Assembly: GCA_963787055.1 (NCBI GenBank)
Contig: CAWBBP010000014.1
Coordinates: 38,737 to 62,736, forward strand
Length of the DNA: 24,000 nt
Source of the DNA: an uncultured Actinomycetota bacterium
GTDB taxonomy: Bacteria; Actinomycetota; Actinomycetes; Mycobacteriales; Mycobacteriaceae
Reading direction: 5' to 3'
Below, piece after piece: positions 17,344-24,000 of the stretch. The translations under genes were made by a program, and so were the position numbers. Below the pieces are notes generated by a model. The model saw nothing but the letters and a program-made list of their open reading frames with translations. It was not told the origin of the DNA and searched no databases. The number at the start of each line of letters is the position of its first letter. Within the stretch, counting starts at the first letter, position 1.

Positions 17344-19641
17344 ATGCGCGCTGCCGGAGACGCCAACGGCGAGTACGACGAGCGGACCGTCAAGGTCGGC
17401 AGCCCGAAGAAGGCCGCCGCCGGGGTACCCGCCGTCCTGGTCGCGCTGCGACGCAGCCTCGCCCAGATGGGTGTCCTGCGCACCGCGGCGACCTTGCGGC
17501 GGGTCAATCAGCGCGACGGGTTCGACTGTCCGGGATGCGCCTGGCCGGAGGAACCGGGCGGGCGCAAGGCGGCGGAGTTCTGCGAGAACGGCGCCAAGGC
17601 GGTGGCCGAGGAGGCCACCCGGCGGGTTGTCGACCCGGAGTTCTTCGCCCGCCACCCGGTCGCCGATCTGGCGGCCCGCCCGGAATACTGGCTGTCCCAG
17701 CAGGGCCGGTTGACCCACCCGATGGTGTTGCGGCCCGGTGATACGCACTACCGGCCGATCGGCTGGGACGGCGCCTACGACCTGATCGCCGATCACCTCA
17801 ACGACCTCTCCGGCCCTGACGAGGCGGTGTTCTACACCTCCGGGCGCACCAGCAACGAAGCGGCATTCCTGTACCAGTTGCTGGTCCGCAGTTTCGGCAC
17901 CAACAACCTGCCGGACTGCTCCAACATGTGCCACGAGTCCTCGGGCACAGCGCTGACCGACTCGATCGGGATCGGCAAGGGATCGGTGACCGTCTCCGAT
18001 ATCGCGAACGCCGATCTGATCGTGATCGCCGGACAGAACCCCGGCACCAATCATCCGCGGATGCTCTCGGTACTGGCCGAGGCCAAGGCCAACGGCGCGA
18101 GGATCATCGCCGTCAACCCCCTTCCAGAGGCCGGCCTGATCCGGTTCGACGATCCGCAAACCGTGCGCGGCGTGCTCGGCGGCGGCGTGCCGTTGGCCGA
18201 TGAATTCGTCCAGATCCGCCTCGGCGGGGATATGGCACTGTTCCGCGGGTTGGCCAGGTTGCTCCTCGAGGCCGACGATCGCTCCCCCGGCAGCGTGCTG
18301 GACCGCGACTTCATCGCCGGGCACTGCCACGGGTTCGACGAGTACGCCGCCGCGGCCCGCGGCGTCGACCTCGACACCGTGCTGGCGGCCACCGGAATGA
18401 CCGCGCCGCAGTTGCACCGCGTCGCCGACATGCTGGCCGACTCCCGGCGCACCGTCGTGTGCTGGGCGATGGGCCTCACCCAGCACACCCACGCGGTGGC
18501 CACCATCGCCGAGATCACCAACATCCTGCTGCTCCGCGGCATGATCGGAAAGCCCGGCGCCGGGGTGTGTCCGGTACGCGGACATTCCAACGTCCAGGGC
18601 GATCGCACCATGGGCATCTGGGAGAAGGTTCCGGACTCCTTCCTCGACACCCTGGACAGCCGTTTCGGGATCCGCACGCCGCGCCGGCACGGCTTGGACA
18701 CCGTCAACGCGATCCGCGCCATGCGGGACGGCCGGGCGTCGGTGTTCGTCGCCATGGGCGGCAACTTCGCCTCGGCCACCCCCGACACCGAGGTGACCGA
18801 GGCGGCGTTGCGCACCTGTGCGCTAACCGTCCAGGTGTCCACCAAGCTCAACCGCAGCCACCTCGTGCACGGCCGCACCGCGCTGATCCTGCCGACCCTG
18901 GGCCGCACCGACCGCGATGTCGTCGACGGCCGCAAGCAGGTCGTCTCCGTCGAGGACTCGATGTCGATGGTGCACCTGTCCCGCGGCAGCCTGCCGCCGC
19001 CCGGCGATGACGTCCGCAGCGAGATCGCGATCATCTGCGGGCTGGCCCGCCGCCTGCTCGGTCCGGGGCACCCGGTGCGCTGGGAACGCTTTGCCGCCGA
19101 CTACGACCGGATCCGTGACGAGATCGCCGCGGTGGTTCCCGGCTGCGATGACTACAACCGTCGGGTCCGCGCACCCGACGGCTTCGCCCTACCGCACCCG
19201 CCCCGGGACACCCGCCAATTCCCGACTAGCACCGGCAAAGCTAATTTCGCCACCAGCCCACTGCGTTGGCTGCCCGTCCCGCCCGGCCGCCTGATCCTGC
19301 AGACGCTGCGCAGCCACGATCAGTTCAACACCACCATCTACGGTCTCGACGACCGTTACCGCGGCATCAGCGGGGGCCGACGGGTCGTCTTCGTCAACCC
19401 CGCCGATATCGCCGCATTCGGGCTCGCCGCCGGTGACCGGGTCGACCTGGTCTCCGAGTTCGGCGACGATTGCCGGGAGCGACGCGCCGAGGACTTCCTG
19501 GTCGTGCCCTATTCCACCCCGGCCGGCAATGCCGCCGCCTACTACCCGGAGACCAATCCGCTGGTGCCCCTGGATCACGTCGCCGACAGATCTAACACCC
19601 CGGTGTCGAAGGCGATCGTGATCCGCCTGGAGAAGGTCTGA
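17344..19641 (+). CDS. FdhF/YdeP-family molybdopterin (bis-MGD) oxidoreductase
   Basis: 765-aa ORF. The N-terminal [19 protein letters not shown] Cys cluster and [42 protein letters not shown] closely parallel E. coli YdeP as I recall it. The Mo-ligand position is Cys, with no in-frame TGA. Confidence 0.9.
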   Translation: MRAAGDANGEYDERTVKVGSPKKAAAGVPAVLVALRRSLAQMGVLRTAATLRRVNQRDGFDCPGCAWPEEPGGRKAAEFCENGAKAVAEEATRRVVDPEFFARHPVADLAARPEYWLSQQGRLTHPMVLRPGDTHYRPIGWDGAYDLIADHLNDLSGPDEAVFYTSGRTSNEAAFLYQLLVRSFGTNNLPDCSNMCHESSGTALTDSIGIGKGSVTVSDIANADLIVIAGQNPGTNHPRMLSVLAEAKANGARIIAVNPLPEAGLIRFDDPQTVRGVLGGGVPLADEFVQIRLGGDMALFRGLARLLLEADDRSPGSVLDRDFIAGHCHGFDEYAAAARGVDLDTVLAATGMTAPQLHRVADMLADSRRTVVCWAMGLTQHTHAVATIAEITNILLLRGMIGKPGAGVCPVRGHSNVQGDRTMGIWEKVPDSFLDTLDSRFGIRTPRRHGLDTVNAIRAMRDGRASVFVAMGGNFASATPDTEVTEAALRTCALTVQVSTKLNRSHLVHGRTALILPTLGRTDRDVVDGRKQVVSVEDSMSMVHLSRGSLPPPGDDVRSEIAIICGLARRLLGPGHPVRWERFAADYDRIRDEIAAVVPGCDDYNRRVRAPDGFALPHPPRDTRQFPTSTGKANFATSPLRWLPVPPGRLILQTLRSHDQFNTTIYGLDDRYRGISGGRRVVFVNPADIAAFGLAAGDRVDLVSEFGDDCRERRAEDFLVVPYSTPAGNAAAYYPETNPLVPLDHVADRSNTPVSKAIVIRLEKV

Positions 19642-19645
19642 ACCC

Positions 19646-20464
19646 GTGGGCCGGGTGACGTCGCGGCGGAGGGTGACCCACCTCGTCGGTGGGTCGGCCT
19701 CCGACCGGGCCGACACCCTGGTGGTCGAGGAGCCACTGGAGATCCGTGTCAACGGGTCGCCGGTGGCCGTCACGATGCGCACACCGGGCTCGGATGTCGA
19801 ACTGGCACAGGGATTTCTACTGACCGAGGGGGTGATCGCCGAGCGCGACGAGGTGTCCACCGTGCAATATTGCCGGGGGGCCGATTCCGATGGGACCAAC
19901 AGCTACAACGTGCTCGATGTGACGCTGCGCCCCGGCCTGCAGGTGCCGGAGTCCGTCGTCCGCAACTTCTACACCACATCCTCGTGCGGGGTGTGCGGCA
20001 AGGCCTCCCTGGACGCGGTCCGCCTAGCCAGCCGGCACTCCCCCGGCGACGATCCCTCGAGGGTCCCGGCCGCCACACTGGCCACGATGCCGGCTCTTCT
20101 GCGTTCGGCCCAGAAGGTCTTCGCCGCCACCGGGGGTCTGCACGGCGCCGCCCTGTTCGGCGCCGACGGGAGGATGCTGGCCGTCCGGGAGGACGTGGGC
20201 CGGCACAACGCGGTGGACAAGGTCATCGGCTGGGCACTGGAGAACGAACGCATACCGCTGAGCGGAACTGTGCTGCTGGTCAGCGGCCGGGCATCCTTCG
20301 AGCTGACTCAGAAGGCGGTGATGGCGGGAATCCCGGTGCTGGCGGCGGTGTCGGCGCCTTCGTCGTTAGCGGTGGACCTGGCCGCTGAGTCCGGGCTGAC
20401 CCTGATCGCCTTCCTGCGCGGCGACTCGATGAACGTCTACAGCCGCCCGGACCGGGTGACCTGA
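19646..20464 (+). CDS. fdhD: formate dehydrogenase accessory sulfurtransferase FdhD
   Basis: 272-aa ORF with a GTG start 4 nt after the upstream stop. Motifs [13 protein letters not shown] and [15 protein letters not shown] are typical of FdhD. An alternative GTG lies at 19655. Confidence 0.9.
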   Translation: MGRVTSRRRVTHLVGGSASDRADTLVVEEPLEIRVNGSPVAVTMRTPGSDVELAQGFLLTEGVIAERDEVSTVQYCRGADSDGTNSYNVLDVTLRPGLQVPESVVRNFYTTSSCGVCGKASLDAVRLASRHSPGDDPSRVPAATLATMPALLRSAQKVFAATGGLHGAALFGADGRMLAVREDVGRHNAVDKVIGWALENERIPLSGTVLLVSGRASFELTQKAVMAGIPVLAAVSAPSSLAVDLAAESGLTLIAFLRGDSMNVYSRPDRVT

Positions 20465-20484
20465 CCTTGGGCCGACTACCCGGC

Positions 20485-20540
20485 GAGCAGACGGAAAAGG
20501 TCCCGACACGCCGCGGCTTCGGGACCGTTTCCGTCTGCTC
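20485..20540. terminator. long imperfect hairpin between convergent fdhD and clpX (candidate bidirectional terminator)
   Basis: Outer 13-bp stem gagcagacggaaa (20485-97) / tttccgtctgctc (20528-40). Inner 8-bp stem ggtcccga (20499-506) / tcgggacc (20519-26). One A/G mismatch, a 12-nt loop, and no U-tract on either strand. Confidence 0.55.
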
Positions 20541-20558
20541 GCGGGGAAAGGCGCTTGC

Positions 20559-21839
20559 CTAGGCGGTCTTGTCGCGGCGTTCGGCGCGCGAGGGCTTGCG
20601 AGGCACGATCGTCGGCAGCACGTTGTCCTGGACGGTCTCCTTGGTCACCACGACCTTGGCGACATCGTCGCGACTGGGGATGTCGTACATCACCGGCAGC
20701 AGGACTTCCTCCATGATGGCGCGCAGCCCGCGGGCCCCGGTGCCGCGGTGGATGGCCTGATCGGCGATGGCCTCCAGCGCATCCTCCTCGAACTCCAGTT
20801 CCACACCGTCCATCTCGAACAGTCGGGTGTACTGCTTGACCAGCGCGTTCTTCGGGGCGGACAGGATCTGCACCAGCGATTCCTTGTCGAGATTGGTGAC
20901 CGAGGCGACCACCGGCAGCCGGCCGATGAACTCCGGGATGAGCCCGAATTTGATCAGGTCTTCGGGCATGACCTCGGAAAAGTGGTCCTGGGTGTCGATC
21001 TCGGCCTTGGATTTCACCTCGGCGCCAAAGCCCAGGCCACGCTTGCCGATCCGGTCGGAGACGATCTTCTCCAGACCGGCGAAGGCGCCCGCCACGATGA
21101 ACAGCACGTTGGTGGTGTCGATCTGGATGAACTCCTGGTGCGGGTGCTTGCGGCCGCCCTGCGGCGGGACCGAGGCCTGGGTGCCTTCCAGGATCTTCAG
21201 CAATGCCTGCTGAACACCTTCACCGGAGACGTCCCGGGTGATCGACGGGTTCTCGCTCTTGCGGGCGATCTTGTCGACCTCGTCGATGTAGATGATGCCG
21301 GTCTCGGCCCGCTTGACGTCGTAGTCGGCAGCCTGGATCAGCTTGAGCAGGATGTTCTCGACGTCCTCACCGACATAGCCGGCTTCGGTCAGGGCGGTGG
21401 CGTCGGCGATCGCGAACGGCACGTTGAGCATCTTGGCCAGCGTCTGGGCCAGGTAGGTCTTGCCGCACCCGGTCGGGCCGAGCATCAGGATGTTGGACTT
21501 GGCCAGTTCCACCGGCTCGGTCCGGGAGTCGCGGGACTTCTCGCCGGCCTGGATGCGCTTGTAGTGGTTGTAGACCGCGACGGCCAGCGTGCGCTTGGCG
21601 GTGTCCTGACCGATGACGTAGTTCTCCAGGAACTCCCGGATCTCCGCGGGCTTGGGCAGCTCGTCGAGTTTGACGTCGTCGTTGTCGGCGAGTTCCTCTT
21701 CGATGATCTCGTTGCACAGGTCGATGCACTCATCGCAGATGTAGACACCCGGACCCGCGATGAGCTTCTTCACCTGCTTTTGACTCTTCCCACAGAACGA
21801 GCATTTCAGCAGGTCACCGCCGTCTCCGATACGCGCCAT
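20559..21839 (-). CDS. clpX: ATP-dependent Clp protease ATP-binding subunit ClpX
   Basis: 426-aa ORF with the zinc-finger [30 protein letters not shown], Walker A GPTGCGKT and Walker [10 protein letters not shown]. Confidence 0.97.
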   Translation of the reverse strand: MARIGDGGDLLKCSFCGKSQKQVKKLIAGPGVYICDECIDLCNEIIEEELADNDDVKLDELPKPAEIREFLENYVIGQDTAKRTLAVAVYNHYKRIQAGEKSRDSRTEPVELAKSNILMLGPTGCGKTYLAQTLAKMLNVPFAIADATALTEAGYVGEDVENILLKLIQAADYDVKRAETGIIYIDEVDKIARKSENPSITRDVSGEGVQQALLKILEGTQASVPPQGGRKHPHQEFIQIDTTNVLFIVAGAFAGLEKIVSDRIGKRGLGFGAEVKSKAEIDTQDHFSEVMPEDLIKFGLIPEFIGRLPVVASVTNLDKESLVQILSAPKNALVKQYTRLFEMDGVELEFEEDALEAIADQAIHRGTGARGLRAIMEEVLLPVMYDIPSRDDVAKVVVTKETVQDNVLPTIVPRKPSRAERRDKTA

Positions 21840-22062
21840 GGTGGTGAGCCCTACTTCCTTCGCCGTCGTTCTTGCCGGTCTGTGCCGACGCTACCCGCTG
21901 GTTCGGCCACCGTGCGACCGATAAAGGCGAATAGCGTCAGTGGTATTCGGTGGTGATCAGTGTCATCTTCTGCTGTGGTCCCGGAGTCCCGCGAAGCTGA
22001 ACATATCCTTTCGCGGGCCCGGCCGTGCGGTGGCGCGCCACGGCTGTCGCAGGCGTGTCGCG

Positions 22063-22091
22063 CCCGGTGCCCACCCCGAGGGCGAACCGGG
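22063..22091 (-). terminator. GC-rich two-tier hairpin directly after the clpP2 stop (terminator/attenuator candidate)
   Basis: cccggt (22063-68) / accggg (22086-91) encloses gccc (22069-72) / gggc (22080-83). It lies 6 nt downstream of the stop at 22097. No U-tract. Confidence 0.3.
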
Positions 22092-22096
22092 CGGGA

Positions 22097-22750
22097 TCAC
22101 GCCTTCTGCGCGGAGAGTTTCCGGTAGCTCAGCACCGTGTCGATGATCCCGTATTCCTTGGCTGCCTCGGCGGTCAGGATCTTGTCGCGGTCGGTGTCCT
22201 TGCGGATAACGGCTGCGTCCTTCCCGGTATGGCGGGCCAATGTCTCCTCCATCAGGGTGCGCATCCGCTCGATCTCGGCGGCCTGAATCTCCAGATCCGA
22301 GAACTGACCCTGGATGACACCACCGAGCGACGGCTGGTGGATGAGGATGCGGGCGTTGGGCAGCGCCAGCCGCTTGCCCGGGGTGCCGGCCGCCAACAGC
22401 ACCGCTGCCGCAGAGGCCGCCTGGCCCAGGCACACCGTCTGGATGTCGGCGCGGACGTACTGCATGGTGTCGTAGATCGCCATCAGCGAGGTGAACGAAC
22501 CACCCGGCGAGTTGATGTACATGGTGATGTCGCGGTCGGGATCCAGCGACTCGAGCACCAGCAGTTGGGCCATGATGTCGTTGGCCGAGGCGTCGTCGAC
22601 CTGGACACCCAGGAAGATGATCCGTTCCTCGAACAGCTTGTTGTAAGGGTTGGACTCCTTGACACCCCAGCTGGAGTGCTCGACGAACGACGGCAGGATG
22701 TAGCGCGCCTGCGGGGTCAGCCGGGGATCAGACAGCCGGGGATCAGACAT
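22097..22750 (-). CDS. clpP2: ATP-dependent Clp protease proteolytic subunit 2
   Basis: Within track ORF 22097..22954, with the real start at ATG 22750. [61 protein letters not shown]..; 217 aa, near-identical in pattern to Rv2460c as I recall it. Overlaps the clpP1 stop by 8 nt. Confidence 0.95.
   Translation of the reverse strand: MSDPRLSDPRLTPQARYILPSFVEHSSWGVKESNPYNKLFEERIIFLGVQVDDASANDIMAQLLVLESLDPDRDITMYINSPGGSFTSLMAIYDTMQYVRADIQTVCLGQAASAAAVLLAAGTPGKRLALPNARILIHQPSLGGVIQGQFSDLEIQAAEIERMRTLMEETLARHTGKDAAVIRKDTDRDKILTAEAAKEYGIIDTVLSYRKLSAQKA
22718..22747 (-). repeat. perfect 15-bp tandem duplication (cagccggggatcaga x2) encoding [10 protein letters not shown] in the clpP2 N-terminal propeptide
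   Basis: Copies at 22718-22732 and 22733-22747 are identical base for base and in frame. The second copy contains the clpP1 stop codon. Confidence 0.9.
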
Positions 22751-23339
22751 TATTGGCTCCGTTGACGTGGGCGCGGGTGATGATGTGATCGACGAAGCCG
22801 TACTCCAGGGCCTCCTGGGCGGTGAACCACCGGTCGCGGTCGGAGTCGGCCTCGATCCGCTCGATCGGCTGGCCGGTGAACTCGGCGTTGAGCCGGAACA
22901 TCTCCCGCTTGATGAGCGCGAACTGCTCGGCCTGGATGGCGATGTCGGCCGCACCGCCGGTGATACCGCCCAGCGGCTGATGCATCAGGATCCGGGCGTG
23001 CGGCAGGGCGAAACGCTTGCCCTTGGCGCCGGCGGCGAGCAAGAACTCACCCATCGAGGCGGCCATGCCCATGGCGTAGGTGGCGACATCGCAGGGCGCC
23101 AGCACCATGGTGTCGTAGATGGCCATACCGGCGCTGATCGAGCCGCCCGGGGAGTTGATGTAGAGCGAGATGTCCTTGGTCGGATCCTCGGCCGCCAGCA
23201 GCAGGATCTGCGCGCACAGCCGGTTGGCGATGTCATCGTCGACCTGCGAGCCGAGGAAGATGATGCGCTCGGCGAGCAGCCGCTCGTAGACCGAGTCGGT
23301 GAGGTTCAGCCCAGCCATGCCGGAACGCATGTGAGTCAC
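22743..23339 (-). CDS. clpP1: ATP-dependent Clp protease proteolytic subunit 1
   Basis: Within track ORF 22743..23675. ..[64 protein letters not shown].. Preferred start is GTG 23339 (AGG 5 nt upstream; aligns with the N-terminus of Rv2461c as I recall it). Alternative ATG 23378 is preceded only by AT3-rich rare codons, and ATG 23330 is also possible. Confidence 0.88.
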   Translation of the reverse strand: MTHMRSGMAGLNLTDSVYERLLAERIIFLGSQVDDDIANRLCAQILLLAAEDPTKDISLYINSPGGSISAGMAIYDTMVLAPCDVATYAMGMAASMGEFLLAAGAKGKRFALPHARILMHQPLGGITGGAADIAIQAEQFALIKREMFRLNAEFTGQPIERIEADSDRDRWFTAQEALEYGFVDHIITRAHVNGANNV

Positions 23340-23452
23340 ACTTACCTGCTTTCTCGAAACTTTCCCAGAAGTCGTCATGTGTCCGTCAACTCCGGACGTT
23401 CCCCCCGACCCTAACCAACCGGACCCCCACAACGGTGCCCGCGGCCGTGGTC

Positions 23453-23466
23453 TTTCGCTATCGGCG
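23453..23466. promoter_or_regulatory. ClgR-type operator candidate (TTTCGC-N5-GCG) upstream of clpP1P2
   Basis: Plus strand tttcgc tatcg gcg abuts the tig stop. The minus reading gtAACGCCGATAGCGAAa fits the recalled ClgR consensus WNNWCGCYNANRGCGWWS at all but the outermost positions. It lies about 115 nt upstream of the clpP1 start. Confidence 0.35.
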
Positions 23467-24000
23467 TTACTCGTCCTCGCCGCCGGCCTGCTCGCCGGAC
23501 TCGGAGTCCGGCCCGCCGAAGAATTCGGTGGTGTCGATCTCGTTGCCGCCGGTGTCGGTGACGGTGGCAGCTTCCACCACCGCCGCCACGGCAAGCCCAC
23601 GGCGCACATCGGCGAACACGGCGGGCAGCTGGTTCTGCTGCTGCAGCAGCTGGAGCAACTGCTGCGGCTCCACACCGTACTGGCGCGACATCAGCACCAG
23701 CCGCTCGGTCAGGTCGTTCTGACCGACCTGGATGTCGAGTTCGTCGGCGATCGCGTCCATCAGCAACTGGGTCTTGACGGCCTTCTCCGCGGCCTCCCGA
23801 TTCTCGGTGTCGAACTTCTCCCGCGAACTACCCTCGGCCTCCAGCGCCTCGGCGAATTTGGCCTCGTCATGATCGAGGGGGTGGATAGCGTTGTGCAGCG
23901 CGGAGTCCACCTGGGCCGCAACGATGGCCTCGGGAAGCGGCACCTCTACCAGTTCCAGCAGGGTCTCCAGCGCAGTGTCGCGGATCTTCTCCGCCTGATG
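23467..24000 (-). CDS. tig: trigger factor, C-terminal part (N-terminus beyond the right window edge)
   Basis: The frame is open from 24000 ([32 protein letters not shown]..) to TAA at 23467, with an acidic tail ..[16 protein letters not shown]. Position upstream of clpP1P2 matches Rv2462c. Confidence 0.9.
   Translation of the reverse strand, partial: HQAEKIRDTALETLLELVEVPLPEAIVAAQVDSALHNAIHPLDHDEAKFAEALEAEGSSREKFDTENREAAEKAVKTQLLMDAIADELDIQVGQNDLTERLVLMSRQYGVEPQQLLQLLQQQNQLPAVFADVRRGLAVAAVVEAATVTDTGGNEIDTTEFFGGPDSESGEQAGGEDE

Noticed and set aside
17344-19641. Possible selenocysteine recoding in the formate-dehydrogenase-like gene
   Set aside because: The ORF is uninterrupted, and the Mo-ligand position reads Cys (NMCHESS), as in the YdeP subfamily. 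There is no in-frame TGA or SECIS-like hairpin.

Overview
High-GC (about two-thirds G+C) actinobacterial chromosome segment. Gene order matches, from my memory of H37Rv, the Mycobacterium tuberculosis Rv2444c-Rv2462c core region, so the source is probably a member of the Mycobacteriales. Nearly everything is on the minus strand. In plus-coordinate order: rne (3' end off-window), ndk, a DUF4233 membrane protein, folC, valS, a Gly-rich DUF937-like protein, an Rv2449c-like saccharopine-dehydrogenase-fold reductase, two tandem rpf genes, mobA, korB, korA, a type III glutamine synthetase, a plus-strand FdhF/YdeP-family molybdoenzyme with fdhD, clpX, clpP2, clpP1 and the 3' part of tig. I found no rRNA, tRNA, CRISPR array, IS or phage genes, and no convincing novel multi-gene system. 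This is mostly housekeeping DNA. The points most worth a second look are: (1) valS, an essential gene, is broken by a one-base insertion as sequenced; (2) a perfect CRP-type box TGTGA-N6-TCACA and a 9/10 second box sit in the AT-richer 396-bp region upstream of the minimal rpf gene; (3) a three-gene block (GS-III divergent from FdhF/YdeP-like + fdhD), bounded by hairpins, occupies the korA-clpX gap where H37Rv has a different gene; (4) three transcription-unit starts have canonical leaderless geometry (TANNNT, 6 nt, start codon), including valS directly behind a 13-bp perfect terminator hairpin; (5) a ClgR-type operator candidate lies upstream of clpP1; (6) several small exact repeats occur, including a 15-bp in-frame duplication in the clpP2 propeptide and a 3x 12-13-nt array across the GS-III stop. 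The many long ORFs in alternative or antisense frames of the supplied track are high-GC artefacts. All family assignments come from recognising motifs in the translations and from synteny. No database search was run.
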